Source of the DNA: Lingula anatina
Lineage: Eukaryota; Animalia; Brachiopoda
NCBI GenBank assembly: GCA_051362555.1
Contig: CM120645.1
Coordinates: forward strand, 8,618,001 to 8,682,000
DNA length: 64,000 nt
Reading direction: 5' to 3'
The position numbers and the translations under genes were made by a program. This document shows, piece by piece, positions 10,825 through 23,494 of the stretch; position 1 is the stretch's first letter, and every line of letters starts with the position of its first letter. Below the pieces are notes generated by a model. The model saw nothing but the letters and a program-made list of their open reading frames with translations. It did no database searches and was not told the DNA's origin.

Positions 10825-13800
10825 ACAGAAGTACTTCTATGATTTGGCCAAGTGATATTGATGTTTTGCTGTGTTCGTGAGTTCGTGTGCCATATGGGTA
10901 CAAATGGGTCTTTTAGCAATTTATTCTTGCAGCCAAGTCAGTTATTTTTGTTAAGTCCATTATAGATAAGCAGAAAAAAACAGTGACATTACTTTGCATT
11001 ACCTCGGTCAAAATAAATCACCACAGGGATGAGTATAGAAATACGTGTTTGTCAGAAGCTCAAGTGTGATTCTGCAGTTGTGCAAGTTTGGTAGGACTTA
11101 TTTTGACTAAACAAATTCAGCAAAATCGAAAATTAGAACTGAGTTGGGGAGAATTTTTTTGAAAAACATAAGGTGTTTTGCATTTACTTTTACCAAATCG
11201 GAGGAAGAATTTAGCATTTGGAGAAAGAAAGAAAGAAAAATTAGCATAAGGCAAGAGTAAGTCCAGGGTCACATTGTCACATATCTGATGGATGTGGCTC
11301 TGCAAAAATGCCCGTCTCAGTGACATAATTAATGTGTTGTGGTCATCTCCCACCTGCCAACAACAATGGCAGTTTTCATACCTGGAACTTCAAAAGGTCG
11401 GAACTGGACTGTTATGTAACACAAAGGCTCCATTTACACTGAGTTGTTCGTGCACAAAATGTCGTAACTATTTGGGCTTATTATAAAGACTATCTGTTAA
11501 ACACATCTTACTGTGCTAAATTAACTATGAGATATATATAAACGAATGTAGTTGATTCACCTAAAAAAGTTTTTGTCAAGGTAGTAATAGTTTGTTTAAA
11601 GGTATGTTTTTATTTTTGAACAAAAAAAAAGGGTAACTGGCCTTTAAGATTTTCTGTGAAATGTGACTCGTCTCTCTAACATTTTAGCATCCCTAGCTTT
11701 GACCAAATTTGGACTACATACAGTTCTTATGTGAAGTAGTCCCTACAACTTCATAAGAAGGAGAATCAATATACTAGTACTTAGTGTTTGACAGCACTGG
11801 ACAATATTTCTATCTTAGGCGCCCTGGGTTAAAAATATTATTGGGGGTGGGGGGGGGGGTTGCTCTGAATATTATAGGTTTGCTGAAGTAAGTAAGCCCT
11901 ATCAGTAGTCTGAGACAAGGGGAAATTTTTGAATGGCCAAAAAGTGGCCATAGATAAAGAGTGGCATGTAGTCAGTGCAGATATCCTATCAAAATGACAG
12001 AGAGAATATTTGGAAAATCGAAAATACCTTGATCACTGGGTGATGAGGATTTTTCTTTATTGGCACTAAGAGAAGAGTTGAAAGGGAAACCTGAATTGAC
12101 CTGTCCTTTTCTTATCATAACATCATGGTATGTGTTTTGATAGCTATTGTTGCCTAGTCATCCTGAATGATGCACAAATACAGGTCTGTGACTTTTGTCA
12201 AGTAACCCTACTAAGCCCAGTTAGGCTTGTAAAATATTCATTAAAGGGTGTTCAAATTATTTTTTGTCTAAAATTTAATGGTTATTTAATTACTATTCTG
12301 ATTTGGTAATTAATCATCTTTGTGGTACAAGATGAGTTTAGCTTTGTAGGCAGAAACTGAGTTTTGGCGTACAGTGGGTGTCCATTACAGCTGCCATGCT
12401 GTGCTCTATATCTAGTAAATCAAATATGTTTGGAAAAATACAGACTAAGTGTATTGTTGTCATGCTATAGTGATATTTAAGTGCACCATCTTCTGTGACT
12501 CCAGGGTCCATTTCACAAGAATTTTAGAAGAAAATTTGGTCAGAATATTTAGACAAAAATTTAGATAATAGCAGGGCACCTTAGTTGTCATTCTCTCAAA
12601 ATATACCACTACAATAGGAAGATTAATATGTAAGCTCCATGGGAAAAAGCATTGAGAATTAAGCATTTGGCAAGAACTAATTAGACCAGAGAGAGCATAG
12701 TACAATTAAATTTTAATGTAGGTTATTTCACAAAAAATTACTCTCTGAGTCTCATGTATTTTAGTGACGCGCACATTTTGTGTAATATTTGCACAATTCT
12801 GTCTTGTCCCATTTTGTTTGCTATTATTTTATATTATACTATAGTGGAGAGAAATAAACAGTAATTGAAAGTGGTATAAAACTGTTATGCAAATATTACA
12901 CAAATGTATTTGTCAGTGACATGTCTCAAAGAGTCAATTTTGTGAAATCGCCCTTGCAGTCTGAGGCCCCATGCAGAATAGGTTGCTAGCTAGTATGAGG
13001 GTCAAATCTAGCAACCCACTACAAAGCTTGCCGTCTAAAAGTAGACACTGAATAAATTACCTGTGGGGAAGTATTCAAGTGGGTTGGCCATATTTCACCC
13101 TCCGACTAGTTAGTCCCCTATTCTGAATGGGGCCTGAGCATTCTATTTTATTCATTAAAATACAAAAAGAAACAAAAGTAGTTAATTATATTCTTTAACA
13201 GCTGCTGTAACCCCTGAGTGCTACAAGTGCAAGTCATCGAGGTATTACTCGCCCACTAACAGTGAATTTGTTGACCAGACCCTGGGTCGCCTGCTTCGAG
13301 TAGATGCAGACTGTCAAGATGGAAAGTCGCGGAATACAGAACACTGCCCATTTGGCTGCTACAAGACCCAAGCAACAGTCAGTCTGCGTATGAGTACTTA
13401 TGTGAGTAAAAGGTTTTGTTTACTTATCAAGCTTCGTTTGCATTATCAGCTTAATGCATTTGAAGAATAGTGAAATTTTTATATATGTGCAATACAATAT
13501 ATCAGTTGTTGCCTTTATAAAAGAATATTTATGTTTTGTAAATAATGAGCAGAGATTTTATCAGGAAATAAATTTTTTTTGGAATAAAAATGATGAATAA
13601 TGAAAATGAAGTTTTTGAAGCATTTGAAGTTTATGAATTTAAATACCATAGATTGAAGTTGTGCTCTGTTCAGATTTTTTCATCATGAAGTTATTTAAGC
13701 TTTCACTACAAATACTATACACTTGCATTGGCAAAAACATTTGTGCTCTCAGACCGTCATAAACACAAGTAAGAAAATCGCTAACTGAAGATCTTTGCCT

Positions 13801-14453
13801 AATTTTATTCGCCCAACATCAAGCTTGTTGTCATTAAGTGTAGAGCTGGTGCTCACTCAATTACAGAACAATCCCCTCTTATGTTGTCCACCTATTCCAC
13901 AGCCAGTAAATTGCAGTGTTAAGAATAGTGATTTCGTAGGCTCTCGTGCATGACCCTGATATTTATTATCATCCAGCTTGATTTTGTTAAGAAAAGGGGC
14001 ATTTTCTTGTCAATGCATTATCACTTAACAATTAGTTGATACTATAGGGAAGAGGGGATGTGTTCCCATTAAAAATGTAATTTCGGTCAAAAGTAATGTA
14101 TATTCATGAAATTTTTTCTCTCGGTTCAGGATCAAGAGAAAGTAATAGTAGACACCTTGGTGCGTGACTGTGCCTCTGAAACAGAAGAAAAGAGTGACGG
14201 ATCATCGTCCACAACCACATCTCAGAAGTGTCACATTTTAATGAAGAATGACACCAGCCAGCGAACAAAGCTGTTAATGACCAGTTTTCAGTTATTTGCG
14301 ACCGTGGAGGATATCAAAGGCACCATATGTACATGTACGGCTGACCTATGCAATGGTGCTGTAAACATTAACCAAGCCACCAGTGCTGCAACCCTTTGGC
14401 TTCTATTAGTTAGTTGCTTAGCAGCATCTGCCATTTGGTCATGGACATCATGA
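7629..14453 (+). CDS. GPI-anchored three-finger (Ly6/uPAR, Quiver/Sleepless-like) protein, 191 aa; exons 7629-7680, 13202-13401, 14130-14453
   Basis: Signal-peptide exon MTPTILELLVLILVVLI with a phase-1 intron; mature domain starts ECYKC. Ten cysteines ending ICTCTADLCN, followed by a hydrophobic C-terminal tail (ATLWLLLVSCLAASAIWSWTS) typical of a GPI signal. Splice phases are consistent. Confidence 0.88.
10780..10821. repeat. (TA)n microsatellite
   Basis: Direct reading. Confidence 0.9.
12720..12954. mobile_element. MITE with degenerate ~70-bp inverted termini
   Basis: Left AGGTTATTTCACAAAAAATTACTCTCTGAG...TTTGTGTAATATTTGCACAA pairs with right TTATGCAAATATTACACAAA...CTCAAAGAGTCAATTTTGTGAAATCGCCCT. 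Confidence 0.65.
12965..13134. mobile_element. PIF/Harbinger-like MITE, 170 bp, TGA target duplication
   Basis: GGCCCCATGCAGAATAGG... pairs with ...CCTATTCTGAATGGGGCC over ~55 imperfect bp. TGA flanks both ends. A related partial copy lies at 47568-47670. Confidence 0.75.
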
Positions 14454-14712
14454 TAGTTCATGAAACTGAAGAATTGTAAATCTTTCAACTACTGGGTTCA
14501 TTCAGCATCCTCCAATTTTCCATGGACATCATGATAGTTCTTGAAACTGAAGGATTATACATCTTTACACTGCTGGGTTCATGCAGCATCCTCCATTTTG
14601 TCATGGACATCATGATAGTTCATGAAATGAAGAATTAATTGAAAATCTGTCCACTGCTGAATGCAAGGAGGATCCTCCATTTTGTCATGGCATAATGATA
14701 GATCATGAAACT
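14421..14712 (+). repeat. 81-bp tandem repeat (~3.5 units) spanning the stop codon and proximal 3' UTR of the Ly6-like gene
   Basis: CATGGACATCATGATAGTTC recurs at 14440, 14521 and 14602, with a degenerate copy near 14686. Confidence 0.9.
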
Positions 14713-14980
14713 GTACATGCTTGCCTGTTTGCATACAATATTTTCACTTAAAACTACAGATACTTTGGACAGAGAAAGAGAAAAGGATTTTTATTCAATT
14801 ATATGCAGCTAATTTATATTCAGCTTCTCTGAAGATCATTAGTTATTTGCTCAAATGTAAAATAACCTGAAATGGGCTCATATCTATTTATTTTAGTTGT
14901 GTGACCCAGAACTTACATAATGTACATTGTGCAGTATGCTTGTCTTTATTGTAACATTTGACAGGTTCTAATTACACTAA

Positions 14981-15226
14981 GACTGGGTTCCCATACTTAG
15001 ATCGATCCATCTGGATCGATCTAACTCCCTTTGGGTTTACGCTAAATTGCTATCAACTCTGGAGGCTTAAATGTCTGTCAAGCCACCAAATCAGCTAAGG
15101 TTAAATATAATTACCCCCTAACAGTTTTACTAGGTTTTACAGATGTTTAAGCCAGTTAGTTTGATAGCAATTTAGTCAGTCTCCCCAGGGAGATAGATCA
15201 ATCCAAATATCTGTGGGAATGGTCCC
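14981..15226. mobile_element. MITE family D copy (related to 55981-56185 and 33220-33300)
   Basis: Inverted termini TTCCCA...GATCGATC / GATCAATC...TGGGAATGG. The reverse complement aligns by eye with 55981-56050. Confidence 0.65.
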
Positions 15227-16752
15227 AAAGGGGAGAGGGAGTGCTGCTCCCTTTTGCAGGTTTGCTTCACAGTGTTTGGACTGATCATAAATTGTCATAA
15301 ATAAGTGACCATCTTGAGCACGGATTGGACAAATTCTTTAAAACAATGTGATAGAGACAAATGTACTGCACTATGTGAAAAGAGACTTTATTAAAATGAT
15401 ATAGGGTAAACTTAATGGGAGGTGTCCCCTAGGTTTTGCTGACTTTGTAATACTGAGTGCGAATAGTCATTCATTCTTCATACTTATTGTTGTCAAGGCT
15501 CATGTGTGAATATTTGGGAATATTTCATGTCCATGCAATTTTTTGATATATAACAACTGCTAGAAGCTGATATTCTGAACAAAATAATAGAATAATGTAT
15601 GTGTGTAGGTAGCTTATATATATATACTAGATAAGTGTTTCAGGGCTCATTTAGGGCTATTTTTTATATCTATGGGTTTTGTCCATGTTTGACCTTCAGC
15701 AAAATTGAAAATGACAGTTTAAATCCAGTTTTTTAAAAACATTTTTGAGAGAAAAAAGCAACAATACAAGATTTATTATAAATATATAAATGCATAATAA
15801 TTGTATCACCTAACACACAACTAAGTTTAAAACATAGATACAAATCTCCTTACAGTCTTAGTAGGGGTCATTTCAATAAATCAAAGAGGATTTTTAGAAC
15901 AACAATACCACATTTAAATGTCACAGATTTTAGTTTGGGAAGCAAACCAATTGATGCATTTTGACTGTGCTGAGAAATTGTTTCCTTGATGGGTGCCATA
16001 TTTTGATATGGAGTTGCATCATGCAGTACTTTGTATGATAATGGATAGTTGATAATATTTCATATTGAGATAAATTATTATTAGTCACAAATTATTTACA
16101 CATTTATGTACATGAACAAGGGATCTTTTAAAGCTATATATTTTGCTCTTGCAACAATTTGAAAGCAGTTATTTTTACTTAATTTAGGTAGCTCAGGGGG
16201 AGGGGAGAGGGGGATATGATGCATCTCTCTCTCTAAAATGTTTTCACCATGTGAAAACAAACCAATTGAACTGAGTCAGAATTTGCCCCTCCCCTTGAGA
16301 AATCCCGAAGGGTCTACCAATATTGATAATAGAATTTGATATATGTATATATTTACAGTGCATTTTCATAGCACATAAGATAAAAAAAAAGATTTTTTTC
16401 ATCCTAAAGAAGAATTTATTATCAGTATTACATTGTACCTGTTTAATATTATTGCTGGACAAATATATAATTTCGAACAGTGGACTAGGAAGAGTGGATT
16501 ATTGGCACTCAAGTTTCTAATTTTTTGCCTCTAATGTGGATAAGAAGTACAACAGGAAAAACACTGAATAAAGATTTTCCATCATTCAGCAGATTTTAAA
16601 TATAAGTATGGATTTGAAGCAAAGCAATTTCAAGACAGTTGTTTGCTTTTTATTTTCCAGACAAAAAAAAAAAATATATTTTTGTCAACTTGACAGCTAA
16701 TATAGTTTCATTTAGTATAACCAAGCATATTTACAGCTTAAGTTTTAAACCA

Positions 16753-16929
16753 GGCCCCAGTTTCACAAAAATGTAAGTCAGTTCCCTGGCTTAGTTGACT
16801 AGGATTTCCATGACAGTGTTGCTACACTGCTCCTGATAGGGTAAGATGTGCTCATGTGATTATGTAACCTTGGTAATTAAGTTCTTAGCCAGGGAATCTG
16901 ACTTAAGTTTTTTTTGTGAAACCGGGGTC
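16753..16929. mobile_element. MITE with ~42-bp inverted termini in the presumed Ly6 3' UTR
   Basis: GGCCCCAGTTTCACAAAAATGTAAGTCAGTTCCCTGGCTTAG pairs with CTTAGCCAGGGAATCTGACTTAAGTTTTTTTGTGAAACCGGGGTC. Confidence 0.75.
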
Positions 16930-17456
16930 AGAGCACACCCTGGGTTTCAGAGGTCTTAGAAATGACAGTAATATTGCTGATTACAGAGATGTGAGTTTCC
17001 AGTGACCTCCGAAACTCTGAAGTGTTTTGCCCTGAACTTTATACCTGCTAGCACATGTAAACTAGTATTTTGTCTTACATTTGATTCATTGTTTACTGTC
17101 ATTTGTACCACAGCATTCCACGTGGTTTCATTGTGTATCTTATCAAGGATGTTACTGAAGAGGGATTTTGTAAACATTTTTGAAAATAAAATTATTATTA
17201 ATACAGAATGTGTCAGTCTCTTTCTCTGTTGAGGTTCAAATTCAAAACGTGAACTGCCAAACGTGATGAAGTGAAATTGTAAATATGAAGTTACTTGCCA
17301 ATATGATTCGTGGAATGAATTGTTGCAAACCACAAGTTTGTGCATTGACAAAATTGCTTTTAAGTTAACGCCGCCCTTATTTGAAAACCACGTGCATGGC
17401 TTAACCACTGTTTGATATGGAATAAAAGAGTGTCACTGTGAACACGGAATGAGATG

Positions 17457-17487
<31 letters not shown>

Positions 17488-19646
17488 TCTATGAATGAGT
17501 TTGGTTCAAATACAGATTCTGTGCTGGGAGGACTCATTTAACTTTTTCTTTGTATTTATGAGTTTATCACCCGCTGATGCGATCGCTAATTAAATGCAAC
17601 GATCACTTTCATCTGCGATATAACTAACATGACCAGAAGGCAATTCAGAGGATAAGGAAAATGCATTTGGTTGCAGCGAGTGGTAAATAGGTAATACAAT
17701 AAAAAGCTATCTATATATCATGAAAGGGATACTGGGTAGAAACAACGGGTTTAAATTATCGTTCATTTGCCCAAAAGTAATTTTTGACCAATTGAAAAAA
17801 GTGATAACATTTTATTTGGCTTTTACCTAGATTTTCACCTTGTGCGCTGATAACGCACCTGTCGTCAGAAGCCTCGCGTCTTCGTATATTAAATTCATTT
17901 ATTGGCTTATACTTGCAAGGAAAAATTCTGGCAGTGTTAGCTTTCGTCCTTCATATATTGGGCATTCATACATTTATCTGCTTTTGTTTAAACGATGTCA
18001 GTATATTTACGAATATTTTTGTCCATGAAACTCGCGCAGTGTCACAAACGTTCAAAACATATGAAAAATTAAAGTAATCCTTTTAAAAACTACAGGTTAC
18101 GAACGCACTCACAAATAGACTAAAGCTCGTTAGTGTCATTTGAACACCACGCTTGATTAAAAATGCCGTTATGCTATTCTAATTCGGATGTATTTGATAA
18201 TGCCATTATTCATAATTTAGCAGGATTATCAATCCTTATTTCAGAAATCCACAGACACAGAAAATAGTCTGGAGTACTTTCTGTTCGGACTATCGATTGG
18301 TATGAAAGTTAGAGAGGATGGGACAAAGCGCCGAACAGCAATGTTTAGTTATCGAAGTGGATATGTGGTTTGATATGACAAAAGAAGTACAACTTCATAC
18401 ATGTATAATATACGTAAATTTACACAACTTACGAAGGCGCCATAATCTCAAAACGCACGATTTGATAAAGAAATTGCAGGTGAGGGGGGTGGAATGTGAT
18501 GAAACTAGAGATACGTTTGATGAAATATTCATATGGTAATTTGTTTTTCTTCTTATAGCTATGTAGATCCACTTTATCAAAAACCTGCACCATTTGCGTT
18601 CACAGTTTTACACCATTTTCTTTGCCATATCTCCCTGCCTTCTTTACTCTTGCGTAAATTAAACGTGACTTGTCACGTGGCTGGTAACTCGGCTTCCTTC
18701 TCGTTTGCTGTTAGAATCATTTGAAGATATAAGACGTAATATTAATTTAAAATACACTATTTAACGTAATTTGAAAGTTTAAAATGTCAAAAACATAATA
18801 ACACTATCAATTTAAAACACCAGGTTGTCGAAAAACACGTTTATTTGCATCATATACTGCATCAAGAGCAATATTTGCTTTGCACTAGATAAATAGATCT
18901 AAATAATTTGCGGCATATTTAGAAACGCAGGTTTTATTTTCTACCTCCAATATTATATTTTTTATGTACAGACACATCGTTTCTGTCCATATAGCCATCA
19001 CCTGCTTTGCTGAACCCTGGCCTTGCAAAATAATTCCATGCTGACATTGGGTGGCGGCATTTTTGTGTTTAGTTTTAATGGATCACAGACACACTTAGTC
19101 AAATAAAAATTCTTCTTGACAAAACACCGATTGCGCTTGCGGTGAACGTAAAAGCTCAACTTTGACTCATTGCATATAAAAACAAATCCAACTACTATGG
19201 AAGCAATAGTACAATCATTTAACATTCAGAAAATAGATCAAAAACTTAAATGATATTACCGCAGATAGGCTTACAATGTCATTCAGGACGTATTCATTAA
19301 TGGCATACTGTACTCTTTAAAGTCGCACATATAATGTGCATCTGCTAAGTCTAAGAAGGATGCATATTTTTTTCAATTTGCCGTGCTAGAGGAAGCAAAC
19401 TACCCTCAAGATACAGAAAAACTCCCGTTTTTACGTACCAACCTGGCATATACATAAACGCAAACTTTTTTATGCTCATTACATTGTACGTCAAACACTG
19501 AAAAGTCCCCCTGTACATTCACAAACACGCTTATTTTATGCGTGTTTATACATAAACCACCAACACAAACTCAAATTTTATGTGATCTTTGTAAGTGTCA
19601 AGCTACGTGTACAGACTTTTCATGAGTGGGTTGTGCGACCAGCAGG

Positions 19647-22140
19647 TCACGACAGAGCAGAAAACCATTGCAGAGCTTCTTGAAGTCCGGTGCTTCCTGA
19701 CGCCGTTACGCTTGAAGGAATGGCCGTCCACTGAAAGAAGAGAGGAAAAAACTTGAAATATTGACCTGTGCTTGGCGGACACAAGTTTTTCTGCAGAAGT
19801 CTTTTCTGTTTCTGTTTACGCCCACATGTTTTCGCCCATTGCCCCCAAACCCACACTATAACGCTTGCCTATATTAGACCTCATTCAGATTCGCGCATCT
19901 TACTAGCTGGGTCGGCCCAACTCTGCAGGGAATTCTCGCTAAAGTGTACAATGGCTGTTTGCAGGCAGTTTTACCTTCCTATCCCTGATGTCTGTGAGAG
20001 AGAGTAGCTGCGTCACTTCCTCAGGGGAAAGAGCCCCGGGGAGGTCCTGCTTGTGTGTCATTGTACACAAGGGCAGGGCCTGAAGAGCTTCGTACTTCAT
20101 CTGGAGTGAACAAAATCATGATAAAATATTGTGAGTTTTTTTATTGCATAGTCTATTTGCCCTAGGTGTAAAACAGAACGAAAAGCTGCTAAGAGTAAAC
20201 CTGATGTACGGTACTGCGTGTAGAATTTTAAGTAAATATATTTCTAATTGTTTCCATTGCTAAACTGTGTTTGTTTGCTACCAGTCGTTCTATCTCTTCC
20301 TTTGCTTCACTGAAACGTTCTCTGCAGCTAGAATCGACCACGAAGATTATTCCCTGAAATAAAAAATATGCATGAATAATCAAATTCATCAATTTTGCCA
20401 TTTTGGCGATTTCTGTGAATGCGTAAAAAGCCTAGCCTGAGGATTAAAGCCGACGTGGGTCAGTTTGTCCATTTTTTATTTTCCACATATGCAGTTACGT
20501 GTTTGTAAATTTCCCAGCTTTGCTGTCTAGTTAATTTTCCACATATATCCCCTTATCTATAAGCAAGCAAATATCGAGATTGGAAAACGAATACCAGCAA
20601 GCATCTTTGTAAAATAAGGGAGACGTCCACTTTTACTGTATTAAAATTAATTTTATTCGTTTAAAAAAAAAGACCACCCCTTAATCACTCTCCCACACTT
20701 GCCCTGTTTCTATCAAACATACATTCTCTCTCCAACCCATCCCTTCTCTCTCTCTCTCTCTCCTACCTGCGTATCCTTAAAGTATTGCCTCCATATTGCT
20801 CTTGTTTGGTGTTCGCCGCCGAGATCCCACATTTCAAAGGCTATGCCGTTGAATGAGACTTCTTCGACATTATATCCTACGGAATAAAAGCGCAATGCAC
20901 CTACTTTGCCATTGGTAACGCATGTATTTTGCTTTTTACTTGTTTTTACATAAAATTTTTATACAACCATTCCAGTGGATAAAATAGGCAAAATTAATAA
21001 AATTATCAAAAGTATAATGAACGCAAATAACAGATAAACATTGCTTACCTAGCGTGGATGTAAGTCCAGTGGTGAGAGGAAAATTCCACTTCAAGGTGTA
21101 CAAGATGGCCGTCTTTCCTGCTCCGTCCAGGCCCACTGAATAAATAACACCTCAATATTTACCCCAGCTTATCTTTTAAAATGTATGACATTTTTGTAAT
21201 TTGCAGATATTGAAATATTAGTTTCTTGCGTCATCCATATGAATCATTTTGAAAAAATAGTGGACGTTCGTATTAGCATTTTAGTACATAGACCGGGTGT
21301 TGCAAAAACGTCGCTTTGGTTGTTGTCGTTTTTTATTTTCATCGTAGAAGTTTACCAACGTGATATTTATTTAGTAAGCAAAACGATAACAAAGACATTA
21401 AAATGTTTCTTTACTTAAATCTTTACTTTGCATAACTCGCTTTCTAGCGCTTCCACACAAACAATGGACGTCCAAAAGAACAAGACAAAGACGTACACTA
21501 TTAGTGTTACTTTCGGGCTGCAAGTTTTCCATTGTTAAAGCCCCACCTTTAACTCGGCTGGTAAAAGCAAGTCACTACACCGTTACACTACAAAACTCGC
21601 AATCAATACGCTCTGCTAATCAACAATACCTAATCAATGCGATCGCCAGTTACAAGGGGATCGATAACGATAAGGTGTACATGTGTATGTATGTGTGAAA
21701 ATAACACGCACAGCCCTGTCTAAAAGTGCAAACTCTCGGCTAAGCCGTCCGGTCTATAAAAAAGCATATATATGTTTTTTTCTAGGTTTCTACCATTTTC
21801 CTATTTTCTCAGTTCTTGGATAAACGTAGCATACTTCGTAAAGTAGGCCTACTGGGGCCAATACAAGTCTGAAATGGGTCGCGATCAATTATGAGCACTA
21901 TCAATTTTTGGGGGGTATTTCGAGACACTGGCTCACTTAAAAAAGCATGGTTTACATAGTTTCCTAATCCATATTTCTAAGTTTACATACGCGGCCAGAT
22001 TTGGTGAAAGCACACAGAAAACATTGCCATTCGGGACGGAGTAAAATTGCCCTAAAACAGATAACTTGTTATTCGTCCAACTATAACACAAAAATGCAGT
22101 GACACAATTTTCATAACCTCTCACCTAGGATGAGCTTCAT
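19647..22140 (-). CDS. Divergent ADP-ribosylation factor (Arf/Arl) family small GTPase, ~164 aa; exons 22140-22125, 21135-21049, 20876-20767, 20353-20282, 20100-19975, 19730-19647
   Basis: The spliced frame reads MKLILVGLDGAGKT...TLGYNVEEV...[30 protein letters not shown]...HKQDLPGALSPEEV...GLQEALQWFS, which is a clear Arf-family signature. All introns are GT-AG and phase-consistent. The first exon is the least certain part. Confidence 0.85.
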
Positions 22141-23494
22141 TGTACTTGCACGTCAAAAACCCCGAACCAAAATTCGGAAATCATCCGAGGATCCATTCGT
22201 CCGTCAGCCGGTCCGTCCCCGCGGGCGGTGTGCTTCCTTCTACTCCTTTGCACACTTTGAATAACCTTCAGGCTTCCACAATGCCGAAAGCAAGAGGCTG
22301 CCAATAGTGAGAATCAATACGTCGCTGTTTCAGCCACAGAAAATATTGTAATCGTAATGTTCACCAAGCAAAAATATTCTGTAGATTTAGAGAAATTCCT
22401 AAATGCGTCATGGCCGCAGGTCTTTTACAGTTACCTATATGATTGGCATATTTTTTCATATGTAGCACCGTTGTGCAATTTATTGATTAAATTATTTGAT
22501 TTAGATACAAATATCCCGCCGTTCCCGCTAACGCAGATATTTCAGCGCGACGGTCGTTCATATAACGATTTTAACAGAAAACGGTTAACTATAAAGTTCA
22601 GGGGCCTGTCAAAAAGCTAGGACCTAAATATTGAAACTTATCTTCTATCCTAGCAAAAAGTCAACGTTCTTATGCTCAGCGTGAACTTCTAAAAGTTGAA
22701 CGGCGACTTTATGAATTATTGGTCTGTTGTAATGGTTTTATTTATGCCAATTTTACCAATAACTAATTAAAAGAAACCATAAGTTAGACTCCAGAGGAAA
22801 AGGAAAATACCCGAAATACAACGAAAAATAGTGTAAAAACATCATACCTATGGTACACCTATCAAAATCTCTACCCGTTCAGGACATTATAAGAATTTGT
22901 TTTGCAATACTAATTGCTTATTGAATGATGCATTAGCAGCAATCTCCACCACCCTCCCTTAAACAGGAGTCTGAATAATGATATAAACAGAATACTGTAT
23001 TGTAAAGTGAAACTCAGATGACGTACATACATGTATGAGATAGATGGTCAGTCAAAATTTCCGTAAGAGAAGCAGCTGCATTAGAGCACTGGATGTGAAA
23101 ATAAAACATCTACCTTACATCATGCATAGTAATTTATTCAAATTTTATATAATTTCTTTTCCTTTCAAAACCCCATTCTTTTGACCTCTTTCAGAAGTAT
23201 ACATGCGTTCCTGCTAGTAGAACAAAACACTAAGAGAATGCAGTATATCATTTATTCATTTATAAGAAAATAATTTCCTTGAAAAACCAAGGCTGTCACA
23301 AACAACTCTGGGGAGAACATATAGGGACATATGTAAATGCCCAAAACCTCAAACTGTTCAAAAAGTTTTAGAAAATTAGACCTTAAGTAAAGTAAGTCCG
23401 AATAATACTTGGTTCCTCATCAACTGTGTCTGCATTATACACTTCTTAACTCTATTAAGGAGTAAGTTGAACCTTTGTTGGTTTGTAATTAACA

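Noticed and set aside
14421-14712. Regularly spaced repeats as a CRISPR-like array
   Set aside because: The whole 81-bp unit is repeated with no unique spacers, the context is eukaryotic and there are no cas genes.
21427-21532. Alternative Arf first exon MENLQPES...ARKRVMQ, phase-compatible with exon 2
   Set aside because: The donor (A/GTAAAG) is weak, and the 22140-22125 exon has a stronger donor and a better match to the Arf beta-1 strand (MKLILVGLD). Not fully excluded as a minor isoform.
22153-22206. In-frame TGA upstream of the Arf MKLIL start as possible selenocysteine or readthrough
   Set aside because: That frame has another stop at 22206-22204 and no ATG in between, and no SECIS was recognised.
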